Part shown: positions 44,142-56,830 of the stretch, piece by piece
Layout of the letters: each line of letters opens with the position of its first letter
Position numbering within the stretch: the stretch's first letter is position 1
Assembly (NCBI RefSeq): GCF_032444005.1
Contig: NC_091288.1
Location: 216,752,001 to 216,816,000, forward strand
Length of the DNA: 64,000 nt
Source of the DNA: Ranitomeya imitator
Taxonomy: Eukaryota
Reading direction: 5' to 3'
The notes under the pieces: model-generated
Told to the model about the DNA's origin: nothing
The model's database searches: none
The model's input: only the letters and a program-made list of their open reading frames with translations
Position numbers and translations under genes: made by a program

Positions 44142-45074
44142 TGTGGCACCCCAGGACTCCGCTTGCCACAGTGGCATTGCCTCCCTCACAGGGGGTGATG
44201 TCATGCCTGGAAGCAAGGAGGGGTCCCCTCACCAGGTAATACTAGCATCCAACACCTTTCCTGACTCCAGACCAGAAGGGGGAGCTCTAACACGCGGTTT
44301 CAGGGGAGCTTCACTATAAGTTCTGGCCTGGAGGCGGGGTTAGTTAGTCAGTAGTCTGAGAGTGAGAGGAGAGGAGGGAAGTTGAGGAGGACCTGGAGAG
44401 TGGAGCTGTAACCAAGCTCACCCCAGAACAGAGGGCTGACAAAAAGGACGCCAAAGTCCTTGGCTGTGTGGGTGCTGTACACCCCAACAGCCAAATCTGG
44501 AGGGCAGGGAACTGCAAGCTCCTTGGCCACACAGAATACCCAGAGGCACCACAGCAGACCAAGAGCCAGGGGCTGCCAGAGAAATGGCAGTGCTCGTGAA
44601 AGGCTCATGCTGTCTGCCATACAGGTTAGACACGCAGGAGAGGAACTTGAGCAGAGCTTAAAGCAGCAAGGACCTAAGAGAACAGCGCAGTAGGTAGGCC
44701 TCCGAACCCACCTGGCTAGGTGGATCCTAAGTTGCTTCCAGGCTGCTCACACCACATATTAACCTGTTACCCGTGCCCCGGACTGCACCTGCAACTAGCA
44801 AGTAAAGGTAAAGGAAACTGCAGTCCTTGTGTCCTCCACTCATTTCCCGCACCCTCAGTCTTGCACCCCAACGTCTGAACCATCCCAGCTGTGTTCCCTT
44901 AAGGAGCTCATTGCCGAACACCACAGGTGGCACCACGTTAAATCCCCTACAAACTTTTCCTCATCATTTTTTTGGAACGCCCAGGGCCATGGACCTGGTC
45001 ACAGCTGCCGTGACAACCCCCCAAAGAACCATCGGACCCTCCCCGAGTATCCCACGGCCCTAGCAGGCGCTCCA
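44142..45074 (+). mobile_element. Solo LTR (Gypsy-type)
   Basis: TGTGGCACCCC...GGCGCTCCA with 4-bp TSD CATG on both sides (44138-44141, 45075-45078). Confidence 0.75.
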
Positions 45075-45138
45075 CATGATTTTGGACTGCTGAACCTCGG
45101 CTCGATTAGCGATAATATTGAAGGAGCTGTTCTGCTTT

Positions 45139-45869
45139 AGGTACCTTCACACATAACGATATCATTAACGATATCGTTGCTTTTTGTGACGTAGCAACGA
45201 TATCGTTAAGGAAATCGTTATGTGTGACCAACGATCAGGCCCCTGCTGGAAGATCGTTGGTCGCTGAGGAAAGTCCAGAACTTTATTTTGTCGCTGGATC
45301 TCCCGCTGACATCGCTGGATCGGCGTGTGTGACGCCGATCCAGCGATGTCTTCACTGGTAACCAGGGTAAACATCGGGTTACTAAGCGCAGGGCCGCGCT
45401 TAGTAACCCGATGTTTACCCTGGTTACCAGCGTAAACGTTAAAAAAACAAGCACTACATACTTACCTTCAGCTGTCTGTCCCCGGCGCTCTGCTTCTTTG
45501 CACTCCTCCTGCATCCTGTGTCAGCTCCGGCCAGCCGGAAAGCAGAGCGGTGACGTCACCGCTCTGCTTTCCTGCTGACCGGCGCTGACAGTGCAGAGGA
45601 AAGCAGAGCGCCGGAGGACAGACAGCGGAAGGTAAGTATGTAGTGTTTGTTTTTTTAATGTTTACGCTGGTAACCATGGTAAACATCGGGTTACTAAGCG
45701 CGGCCCTGCGCTTAGTAACCCGATGTTTACCCTGGTTACCGGGGACCTCGGGATCGTTGGTCGCTGGAGAGCTGTCTGTGTGACAGCTCTCCAGCGACCA
45801 AACAGCGACGCTGCAGCGATCGACATCGTTGTCGGTATTGCTGCAGCGTCGCTTAGAGTGAAGGTACCT
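45139..45869. mobile_element. PIF/Harbinger-type palindromic element
   Basis: AGGTACCTTCAC...GTGAAGGTACCT; perfect 35-bp-stem hairpin 45355-45430. Confidence 0.8.
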
Positions 45870-46316
45870 TTAGTATTATTTATTGCGGCCTGTACAGACC
45901 ACAAGATCTAGAGACTAAATGGCGCACTCGTCCCTCAAGCGTTTTCCACTTATGAGGGAGTAAAGATTTCACAGTTATAAAGTTCACCTATCGTTCAATC
46001 CTTTCACGATGCAAGTTCATCGGTCCAAGATCTCTCAGTAGGTTTAGCGAGTGCCATAAGGACCTGCAGCTCAGAGGCGTAGCTAGGGTTTTGGTTCAGG
46101 GGGGGCAAAGCTTCTGAGTAGCCCCTAACCAGGTAACCTTGATTACAACTCGGTGACACACCCTAATAGTGGAGGAGAACCTCAGCAGATGACCGCACTG
46201 TTACTGAAGATAATTTCTATATAAAGACCAATATTGATATTAACGCTATACGGTCAGTGGTAGATACCAGTCCTACAAAACATAGAGATCACAGCAAGGT
46301 TACAGATAATGACTTA

Positions 46317-46645
46317 GGCTACGTTCACACTAGCGTTGCGCCGCCCTGCGTCGGTGACGCAACGCGCGACGCACGCAAAAACGCGCGCAAACGCACGCAA
46401 AAACGCGCGCGTTTTGCGACGCGTGCGTCGTTTTTTGACCAAAATCGGACGCACAGAAAATGCAACTTGTTGCATTTTCTTGCGTCCGACGCTAGCGTCG
46501 AAAACGACGCAAGTGTCGAAAAACGCCACCCAAAAAACGCACGCGTCCCCTATGTTAAACATAGAGGCGCGTCGCCGCTGCGTCGCCGCTGCGTCGCCGG
46601 CGCAACAGCGACGCACATTGGCGGAACGCCAATGTGAACGTAGCC
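46317..46645. mobile_element. PIF/Harbinger palindromic MITE
   Basis: GGCTACGTTCACA TIRs; TTA/TTA TSD. Confidence 0.88.
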
Positions 46646-47349
46646 TTACTGCTGACGTTCTTTCTGATGGAACAGTTCACCACATTTCCTGTCTTTTCCA
46701 TCTGGCCCAGACCGACATGACAACTTCTTCCAGCCAGGACTCGTCTGCAGAGAATACAACAAAGACATGTTTCACTTCTCATATTCCAGCCCCATCACCA
46801 TCTATTCCCAACCTGCACAAACTCCTCATCCTGCTGATATCCCAAATACTGAGCCGCTGCAGCCGTATGTGTCCCTATTACTGCACCTGCTGTGTGGTTC
46901 TCTGTGTCCTCTAAATTCTAAAGCACCCCTCTATATTATAGTAATGCCGGGTGCAAGTGCCCTAGAAAACAGTGCCCATATTTTGCCCCCTAGAAAGTAA
47001 TATTGTCCTGTGTACCCCTTTGACAGTCACAGTAACCTGAGTTCCCCTATAACAATAAGTGCCCACTTTACATTTAATAATGTCCAGAGTCTCCCCCCTG
47101 TACAGCTCCCTTATACACAGTATGATGCTCTCTTATACACAGTATAATGCCCCCTCACTATATACTACCACCCACACAATATATGATATGATGGCTCCAA
47201 CACTGGAAGATGACCCCCTCACTCTAATCTCCACACTGTATGATGGCCCCCTAGATAGCCTCCATATAGTATAATGCACCAGATAGTCCTCAATATAGTA
47301 TAACGCACCCCCATAGGACTCCATATAGTACAATGCACTCCCCATAGGC

Positions 47350-47790
47350 CTACTCTATAATGTATAATGCACCCCATAGGCAGACTCTATATTGTAAGGC
47401 AGCACCCCACAGGCAGACCCTGTAGTATAAGGCAGTACCCCATAGGCATACCCTGAAGTATGAGGGAGCACCCCATAGGCAGACCCTGTAGTATAAGACA
47501 GCACCCCATAGGCAGACTCTGTAGTATAAGGCAGCACCCCCCAACAGGCGGACTCTGTAATATAAGGCAGCACCCCCCACAAGCAGACGCTGTGGTATAA
47601 GGCAGCACCCCATAGGCAGACCCTATAGTATAAGGCAGCACCCCCACAGGCAGACCCTGTACTATAAGGCAGCACCCCCCACAGGCAGACCCTGTAGTAT
47701 AAGGCAGCACCCCCCCACAGGCAGACCCTGTAGTATAAGGCAGCACCCCCCCACAGGCAGACTCTGTAGTATAAGGCAGCCCCCATAAAG
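47350..47790. repeat. ~31-35-bp tandem repeat
   Basis: GCAGACCCTGTAGTATAAGGCAGCACCCC(C)ACAG variants. Confidence 0.85.
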
Positions 47791-47879
47791 AAAAACAATA
47801 CTTACCTCTATTCTTCCTGGTTCCTGTGCTGCTCCCTTCTTCCGCTCATCTCCTGACAGAGGGCTTCTGGCAGTGATGT

Positions 47880-50800
47880 TGGAGCGCCCCCCCAGACACA
47901 GGGCCACAGAGCACTCGGTACCAGGTCTCTCCTCTGCGGTTCTGGCGATATCACGGTGGTGACCCTGCTAAGGGGCGTCCAATAAAAGGGTGGTAGTTCA
48001 GTGTGTGGTGCAGGTCGCAGTGAATAACGAGGACACACAGGGTTGCAGTCTCTTTACCTCTTTACTGAAGGCTTCAAGGTCCTCAATCCGGAGCACTGCT
48101 AACAAGGCTGCCTGAGACCGGCCGGTCCGATGGCACATCCAGAGTTCCCTTTGCAGGTGGAAATCTGTGCCTACCAACTAGCGCCTGTGTGTTGTAGTCC
48201 TTTCCTGCTAAGCACCACGGGATAGTCCTCACAACTGTTGTGTCTGTTTCTGATGTTCCCTCACAATTAATTCTGATGTTCTTCTCCGTCCCCCAGATGA
48301 TATGGCTAGGACGCACCCGTATGACGGGTAGGCCTGGAGTTCTTCCGGGACCCTAGAGTCGCCCCTCTCCCACAATTGCCTCCTATGTCTGCTTAGGTGA
48401 TATAGGTGAGACAGCCAACCTAAAGTCAACTGCCCTGCCGCTGTTTGAAGTAATGCTTGGAGCCCAATACTTCCTCGGCGTTCCGGCCACCGGCTACGCG
48501 CCTCAGTAGGATGTTGCCTCGATCTTATGGCACGACTCCTACTGGCTTTATCTCCTTTTTGCTGCAATCTCGTTTCTCACTTCTCCACAATAAACTTCGC
48601 TTCGTGTCCTTTCTAAGATGCCGCCACGAGGACCGCAGGCGCGGCTCTGTAACGTTCTGTCCTGTTCGCCAGGTCACTGCCAGGATCCCACCCCTGGCAG
48701 TGTCCCCACCAAGTCTCTCCCCGCAACACCCTCTGCCACAGGATGTTGCCTGGTCGATCCCCAGTCAGCTTCTCTCTAACCTCCTCCCCGACCCCCAGTT
48801 TTACCAAAGCGTGAGGAGTGGCCTAATCATAGAACCCTTTGCTCCCCCTTGTGGCCGGGTTGTGAAATGTAATGTGTGACTGTGATACCTGGTCAGGTGA
48901 ACTCCTTTGGTGCCATCAGACGTACCACCACTCCCCTTAGCGGCGGAGCGACAGTACTGCAACGACCAGGTCTCTGGGGCGCTGCACTCCCCCCCCCGGT
49001 TAAATCCAGTACTCCCGGACTGGGAAGAAAACAACAATACATGTCAGCAAAAAGACATACAAATTTTGAAATGCAATAAACAAGTAAATATAACAGTGCT
49101 TCCCTTTATGGGAGGTGAGAACTCTTGAACGTTACAAACTCAACATATTTAAATATTTTAAATAACACTCTGACTATAAATAACTTCTATTACCCAGCCG
49201 GGTGTTCTACTAAGTGCAATTTCTGAACAATAATTTAACTTTGCCTCTAAGGACGTATAAGCTGAATCCTCTAAAGGCGTACTATAAAACTAACTTTTTC
49301 TTTAAGGGCGTATAAGCTAAACCCACTAAAGACCTACTCATAAAATATTACAATGCTAATCAACTTTTCTTCATTTTTCCAACTTTACATTCGCAGGACC
49401 GCCTGTCTATCTGCCCCAGGCCTACTGCCTCTCGCTCTTTTGCAGGACCGCCTAGTTCCTCGTCTGGGCCTACTGCCTTTCTCCTTCTATACACAGTATA
49501 GGACTTATCAACCTTCTCTTAGCACAAGATCACTGAGCCATCTCTGTATGGCTCCTAGGAGGACTCACCACCCAACCCCCACGGGTTCACTTCCTGTCCT
49601 CAATCTCTAGCAACATTATCAAACATTTTAAATAACTACATACTATTCTATGTAAACATCATTACTACTTAACTATCTTTAAGGCAACACTATTCTTAAG
49701 TGCAACATGTGAACATTCCCTTTAAGAGAGGTCCAAGTCTTTTCGAGGTAGTGCAACTGCTCAAGTTGCAAGTCTTTATACAGCAGGAACTCCTGCACTG
49801 TTTCCAGAAACAGTTTCTTCGCAAAGTGTCTTTTTCTTGTAAAATCAGTAGAGGGCAACCTTAATAAGGTGCAAACTATTTACAATAAGTTTGTAATCAT
49901 GCATTGTTCATGATCCGGCAGTTCTTTGTGAACTTGTGCAAAAATAGACAAAAGCAAAAACAAAAAGCAATAGGCAACACACAGCAGGACGACCAACAGT
50001 TAACTAACTATATACATTTTCAGATCTTCGAGGTTTATCCTTGTTCAGATCTTCGAGGTTTATTCTCATAATAGATTGCAAGGCATCAGCGGGTAGCGAG
50101 CATCTCCTGACCGGGGAGGCTTCAGCTCCTTGTCTACAGCTGATGTGGCGTCAGTGTCATTGACTCATCTCTCAGGTGCGGTCGGATCACCTGGATTTCG
50201 GAGATGAATGTCAACCTTAGTAGCAAGCTCAGTAGCAGCAGTAATGCTCACAGTGGTTGTGATGGTAGAATCTGTCAAATCAGGGATAGTCGTCTTCGGG
50301 GCAGCAGGTGACACTACTGCAGGCCCGCTCTTCTGCACATTCCGGGCGCACCATCCTTGCACGCTCCGATGGCGAGTGTAGGTCACCTGGTCCCTTTACA
50401 TAGTAGTGGCTTGTCACATCTGTGGCGGAACGGGGCCCTCACTTTGTAGCTAGTAAAGAAGATGTCAGTTGGCAGTCCTAATTCCTGTATAGAGCCCCAA
50501 CCCCGTTTCGGGTGAAAGGCTAGTACTGTCCCTTGCTTCACTAAATTCCTATTACCGCGTACGGTCTTTGGTGTCTGTACTTTCAGTATGTCACATCGTT
50601 CAGTTTCTTGTGGATCTTTCCAGTGTGAAATTAAGCAGTGTTTATATTATTCCCAAGTGAGCGTGGCAAGGCTAAGACCCTCCTGCCGGGTCCCATCCGG
50701 CCCAAGCCCTGGGGTATCCCACTGGAAGATTATCCCCTCAGCGCTCATAACTAGCGGTTTTCCCATGGTTGTCGGTAACGGGGGCACTAACTTCTCCAGA

Positions 50801-51068
50801 GTGCCAGGAGGGATCGGCACCAGTTCAACGGTTAAAGGTCGGTTACTGTCGGGCTGGGGAGCGGTCGCAGGAGCAGGATCGGTCGGGTGAGCAGGGGCGT
50901 TTTCCATACCTGCGCCTGATGTGGTTCCACCAATGGCCGGGTTGTCAAATGTAATGTGTGACTGTGATACCTGGTCAGGTGAACTCCTTTAGTGCCATCA
51001 GACGTACCACCACTCCCCTTAGCGGCGGAGCGACAGTACTGCAACGACCAGGTCTCTAGGGCGCTGCA
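47880..51068 (-). mobile_element. Internally deleted LTR retrotransposon (full 3' LTR 47880-48986, PPT, internal region, ~130-bp remnant of the 5' LTR)
   Basis: LTR TGGAGCGCCCC...GGGGCGCTGCA; polypurine tract on the minus strand (48987-48997) abutting the LTR; 50937-51068 repeats 48858-48986; flanks ATGT/CTGT (3 of 4 match a 4-bp TSD); no gag/pol motifs seen. Confidence 0.8.
50165..50907 (-). pseudogene. Disrupted accessory ORF of the LTR element, containing a cold-shock-domain-like segment (50535-50333)
   Basis: Joining track ORFs 50647..50907 and 50165..50386 through one stop and one 1-bp frameshift gives ...KQGTVLAFHPKRGWGSIQELGLPTDIFFTSYKV...LLCKG/DQVTYTRHRSVQGWCARNVQK. Confidence 0.6.
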
Positions 51069-51429
51069 CTGTCATCGCGCCCCCTGTCAGTGTCGGCGTC
51101 GGTGACGTCAGACGCTGACAGGGTGATGACGGGAGAATGAGCGTAGCGCTCCTTCCCTTTCTCAATGCGGTCAGCTGCATCAGCTAAATGCCAATATAGC
51201 TGACCCTTCGATAATAGGCGGGGGGCAACTGCAGGCACCGTCCCCCCCCCCCCGCATACAAAGCATGTCCCTGCATACCCAATGTTAAAGATAGGCATGC
51301 AGGGAAATGCTGGACGCAGACGGCAGTAGGCGGAGCCTGTGCGGAGGTTCACGGAGGAAGCAAGGAGGAAGTACGATACCATCTGCAGCGCACAGTAACG
51401 CAAGTCTGAAACCAGCCTTAGTGCTAAGA

Positions 51430-52055
51430 GAGGTCGAGTCAGAGGTATGTAGGGTCAGACTACAATGAGGCAAAAGAGGGATGTTTAGTACAATTGTAAT
51501 GTGCCAAAGTACTAGCGTCTGAGCGATTCTAGTGCCCCCTTTTTTGAGATGATGGTTCAAGCACTCCCAGGAGGTGCTACTGAAAAGACATAATGTCTGT
51601 GAAGTAAAAACAAGGTCCTTTACAAGAGGTCCTTTAAAATGTGTCCTATAAAAACACTTGGTGCCCCTTCAGATTGTAAGTTATCCACATAAACCGAGTG
51701 CTACAAGCTCCAGAGTGATCGCTATGTACGTGTGGTAGAGGTACAGGCGTGGGATTGTGTGAAAACTGTCTGTAGACACTTTGCGATAGCGGTGGAGAGG
51801 GATTACTTAGCTTATAAATGTCCTTGTTTGTCGGCTTGCAGGCAGATTCTCCGAGTGCTGTCCCGGCCGGTGACAGACGCTCGCTCATTCTGTGATTCAG
51901 AGATCCTTGCGTGGTATTCGGCAGGACCTTCGTGATGTTCAGGTCATGTGACCAGCAGTCACGTGGTGCCCCTGGAGAGAGTACGAGTCGCAGTGGGAGC
52001 CAGAAAAACTAAAAAACTACGCGTTTCGGAATGTCAGCGGATTCCTTCACCAGGG

Positions 52056-52057
<2 letters not shown>
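51430..52057 (-). mobile_element. Very degenerate Penelope-like fragment with an adjacent mutated hammerhead motif
   Basis: Minus strand 52057-52014: AACC-CTGGTGA-A-GGAAT-CCGCTGAC-ATTCC-GAAACGCGT-A-GTTT; neighbouring sequence only loosely PLE-like. Confidence 0.4.

Positions 52058-52106
<49 letters not shown>
52057..52106. repeat. (TA)n microsatellite
   Basis: About 25 TA units. Confidence 0.95.
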
Positions 52107-52110
<4 letters not shown>

Positions 52111-52699
52111 CTGTATATATAAATGTTCCATCTCAGTAAAAAATATATATATATTTTTTTTTTTTGGGGGGGGGCAATTTGAACATTTGCATGGGCCCCT
52201 ATGATTTCTACGTATATGTCACTGCCAGCAATACCAAGTACATAATTTTCTCTCCTTCAATGTGACTGGTCTTCTTCTTCTTCTTCATTACAGGCAGATT
52301 GTACAGGTCCATAGAGGTACATCTCTATATATCAGTGCATTTCTATGTACTTATTTCAATGTATTCTATGGGTTAAAAAAAAAGTAGGAGATTTTCTTTT
52401 CTTCCTTTAAAACTACTAAAAAATAATGAAGAACATTTAAAATAATTAAATTTTTATTGCACTTTTTAAAAAACAAAACATCACAAATCCACAAATAACA
52501 GACATATTTGGTGTCCTTGTAATTGTAACAATCTGTATAATACAGCGATCAAATTATTTACAGTGGTGCAAAAAATGGTGTCATTGATTTTTTTCTTAAT
52601 TAAACCCAGAAATTTTTAATAATAATAGAAAAAAAGGCCTCATTCACACAGTGTAAATGCTGTATGTTTTCTTCAAGATCCGCACCACACGACGCAATA

Positions 52700-53640
52700 A
52701 CAATTATTATTATTACTAGATGGTGGCCTGAATTACAGATATCACTTACAGTAAACAAACTAACAACTACAGACTGATACACAAGGGCAAGGACCCTGCC
52801 CTTGCGGGCTTACATTCTACAGGATGGTGGGGATGGAGACAATAAGTTGAGGGTTGTAGGAGCTCTGGTGTTGGTGAGGCGGTAGCTTCAGTAGTGGTGA
52901 GGAGGCAGCAAGGTCAGTGCAGGCTGTAGTCTTTCCTGAAGAGGGGGGTTTTCAGGTTCCATCTGAAGGATCCGAATGTGGTTGATAGTCGGATGTGTTG
53001 GGGCAAAGAATTCCAGAGGATGGGGGGATATTCTGGAGAAGTCTTGGAGGCGGTTGGGTGAGAAGCGGATAAGTGTGGAGGAGAGAAGGAGATCTTGGGA
53101 GGACCAGAGATTACATGAAGGAAGATATCGGGAGATTAGGTCAGAGATATATGGAGGAGACAGGTTATGGATGGCTTTGTAGGTCAGTGTTAGTAATGTG
53201 AACTGGATACGCTGAGGGAATGGGAGCCAGTGAAGATTTTTGCAGAGGGGGAAGCAGAGGAGTAGCGAGGAGAGAGATGAATTAGTCGGGCAGCAGAGCT
53301 AAGGATGGACTGGAGAGGTGCAAGGGTGTTAGCAGGGAGGCCGCAGAAAAGGATGTTGCAGTAGTCAAGGTGGGAGATGATGAGGGCATGCACAAGCATT
53401 TTAGTAGATTGACAGTTGAGGAAAGGACGGATTCTTAAGATATCTTTGAGCTGGAGGCGACAGGATGTGGAAAGAGCTTGGATGTGTGGTTTGAAGGACA
53501 GGGCAGAGTCAAGGGTTACTCCAAGGCAGCGGACTTCCGGTACGGGGGAAAGCGTGATGTCGTTAATTGTGATAGGTCAGGTATGGAAGATCTATGAGAT
53601 GGAGGAAAGCTGATGAGTTCAAATTTGTCCACATTGAGTT
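52700..53640 (-). mobile_element. 5'-truncated L2 LINE
   Basis: [21 protein letters not shown]... and (ATT)n 3' tail near 52700. Confidence 0.85.
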
Positions 53641-53644
53641 TGAG

Positions 53645-54075
53645 GAAGCTCTGGTATTGGTGAGGCGGTAGCACCGGTAGTGGTGAGGCGGTAGCTCCGG
53701 TGTTGGTGAGGCGCTAGCTCCGGGGTGTTGGTGAGGCGGTAGCTCTGGTGTTGGTGAGGCGGTAGCTTCGGTGTTGGTGAGGCGGTAGCTCCGGTGTTGG
53801 TGAGGTGGTAGCTCCGGTGTTGGTGAGGCGGTAGCTCCGGTGTTGGTGAGGCGGTAGCTCCGGTGTTAGTGAGGCGGTAGCTCTGGTGTTGGTGAGGCGG
53901 TAGCTCCGGTAGTGGTGAGGCGGTAGCTCCGGTGTTGGTGAGGCGGTAGCTCTGGTGTTGGTGAGGCGGTAGCTCTGGTGTTGGTGAGGCGGTAGCTCCG
54001 GTAGTGGTGAGGCGGTAGCTCCGGGGTGTTGGTGAGGCGGTAGCTCTGGTGTTGGTGAGGCGGTAGCTTCGGTAG
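53645..54075. repeat. 23-bp VNTR derived from L2 3' UTR sequence
   Basis: GTAGCTCCGGTGTTGGTGAGGCG units; the same motif occurs only about twice in the neighbouring L2 3' UTR (52858-52905). Confidence 0.9.
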
Positions 54076-55690
54076 TAATGAGGAGGCAGCGGGGTCAGTG
54101 CAGGCTGTAGGCTTTCCTGAAGAGATGGGTTTTCAGCTTCCGTCTGAAGGATCCGAATGTGGTTGATAGTCGGACGTGTTGGGGCAAAAAATTCCAGAGG
54201 ATGGGGGATATTCGGGAGAAGTCTTGGAGGCGGTTGGATGAGGAGCGAATAAGTGTGGAGGAGAGAAGGAGGTCTTGGGAGGACCGGAGATTACGTGAGG
54301 GAAGATATCGGGAGATTAGTTCAGAGATATATGGAGGAGACAGGTTGTGGATGGCTTTGTATGTCAGTATTAGTAATGTGAACTGGATACGCTGAGGGAA
54401 TGGGAGCCAGTGAAGAGATTTGCAGAGGGGGGAAGCAGAGGAGTAGCGAGGAGAGAGACGAATTAGTCGGGCAGCAGAGTTAAGGATGGACTGGAGAGGT
54501 GCAAGGGTGTTAGCAGGGAGGCCACAGAGGAGGATGTTGCAGTAGTCAAGGCGGGAGATGATGAGGGCATGCACAAGTATTTTAGTAGATTGACGGTTGA
54601 GGAAAGGATGGATTCTGGAGATATTTTTGAGCTGGAGGCGACAGGAGGTGGCAAGAGCTTAGATGTGCGGATGAAGGACAGGGCAGAGTCGAAGGTAACT
54701 CCGAGGCAGCGGACTTCTGGTACGGGGGAAGGCGTGATGTCGTTAATAGTGATAGATAGGTCAGGTAAGGAAGATCTATGAGATGGAGGAAACATGATGA
54801 GCTCAGATTTGTCCACATTGAGTTTGAGGAAGCGAGAGGAGAAGAAAGAGGATATTGCTGATAGACACTCTGGGATTCTGGACAGCAGGGAGGTGACGTC
54901 CGGGCCAGAAAGGTAGACCTGAGTGTCATCGGCATAAATGTTGTACTGGAATCCAAGAGACTTTATGAGTTGTCCCAGGCCAAGTGTATAGATTGAGAAG
55001 AGTAGGGGTCCTAGAACAGAGCCTTGGGGGACTCCAACAGAGAGAGGGTGGGATGAGGAGGTAGTGTGGGAGTGGGAGACGCTGAATGTGCGGTTGGAAA
55101 GGTATGAGGGGATCCAGGATAGGGCGAGGTCTTTGATGCCAAAGGAGGAAAGGATCTGTAGTAGGAGACAGTGGTTAACTGTGTCAAAAGCAGAGGACAG
55201 GTCTAGGAGGAGAAGTACAGAGTATTGTCCGTTAGCTTTGGCTGTAAGTAGGGCGTTAGTGATTTTGGTCAGGGCTGCCTCAGTTGAGTGATGGGGGCGG
55301 AAACCAGATTGTAGATTGTCAAAGAGCAAGTTAGATGAGAGGTGGGAGGAAAGTTCAGCTTAGACATGCTGCTCCAGGAGTTTGGAAGCGAATGGGAGCA
55401 GCGATATTGGGCGATAGCTGGACATAGCAGTTGGATCGAGGGTTGGCTTTTTAAGGGTAGGTGTGATTGTGGCATGTTTGAAAGCAGAAGGGAAGGTGCC
55501 AGAAGTTAGTGATAGGTTGAAGAGGTGGGTTAGGGATGGGATAAGTGCGGTGGTGAGGTTGGGGAGGAGGTGGGATGGGATGGGGTTGAGCGCACAGGTG
55601 GTGAGGTGCGATTTGGAGAGGAGACAATTAAACCCCCCTTCAGTGATCTTGGAGAGGGAGGTTATAGGGTTTATGCATTGTATAATAGGT
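54076..55690 (-). mobile_element. L2 LINE with reverse-transcriptase domain (frameshifted)
   Basis: [41 protein letters not shown]; upstream YRPISLLPF motif. Confidence 0.93.
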
Positions 55691-55694
55691 TCCA

Positions 55695-56065
55695 TGTGAG
55701 ATGCATCAGCCCACCGGCTGCGCCCCTGGGCAGAGGGGACACGATATTCCCCTTTTGTCCTCTCCCCACCTTTGTAATTCCCACAGTAAATATCGGCAGG
55801 CTCCGGCCCCCTGCGCCTATTGTAATGTATGTCTGGCCTGCCCCTTTTCTATTGGCCTGCCCTCTGTATCTGTGTGATATATTCTGTGTCCTGTGAGTAA
55901 AGTGTTGTCAGACTGGAAATACGTGGAGAAGCTTTTATATGCGCCCATGTATCCAAGCAATTCCAGCCAGCGTCCTTCATTCAGACTCAAGCCAAAGCAA
56001 AGTGGACCTCCTGAAACACGGGGTGGTACTGAAAGAGGTACCCCAGCTTGGTAAACCCCGTTACA
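55695..56065 (+). mobile_element. Possible short LTR or LTR fragment
   Basis: TG...TTACA ends with CCAAT-like and AGTAAA motifs; no TSD found. Confidence 0.35.
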
Positions 56066-56069
56066 AGGG

Positions 56070-56830
56070 ATGTGTATACCAGAATGGGGGATGGGGGATG
56101 TGTATACCAGGATGGGGCATGTATATACCAGGATGGGGCATGTATATACCAGGATGGGGCGTGTATATACCAGGATGGGGGATGTATATACCAGGATGGG
56201 GGATGTATATATCAGGACGGGAGATGTGTATACCAGGATGGGGGATGTATATATCAGGACGGGGGATGTATATACCAGGACGGGGCATGTATATATCAGG
56301 ATGGGGGATGTATATACCAGGATGGGGCATGTATATATCAGGATGGGGGATGTATATACCAGGATGGGGGATGTATATACCAGGATGGGGCATGTATATA
56401 TCAGGATGGGGGATGTATATACCAGGATGGGGGATATATATACGATGGGGGACGTATATACCAGGATGGGGGATGTATATACCAGGATGGGGGATGTATA
56501 TACCAGGATGGGGGATGTATATACCAGGATGGGGGATGTATATACCAGGATGGGGCATGTATATATCAGGATGGGGGATGTATATACCAGGATGGGGGAC
56601 GTATATACCAGGATGGGGGACGTATATACCAGGATGGGGGACGTATATACCAGGATGGTGGATGTATATACTAGGATGGGGGACGTATATACCAGGATGG
56701 GGGATGTATATACCAGGATGGGGGACGTATATACCAGGATGGGGGACGTATATACCAGGATGGGGGACGTATATACCAGGATGGGGGATGTATATACCAG
56801 GATGGAAGACAAATATACCAGGATGGGGCA
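56070..56830. repeat. 21-bp VNTR (~36 units)
   Basis: GGATGGGGGATGTATATACCA; ORFs repeat every 7 aa. Confidence 0.96.
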
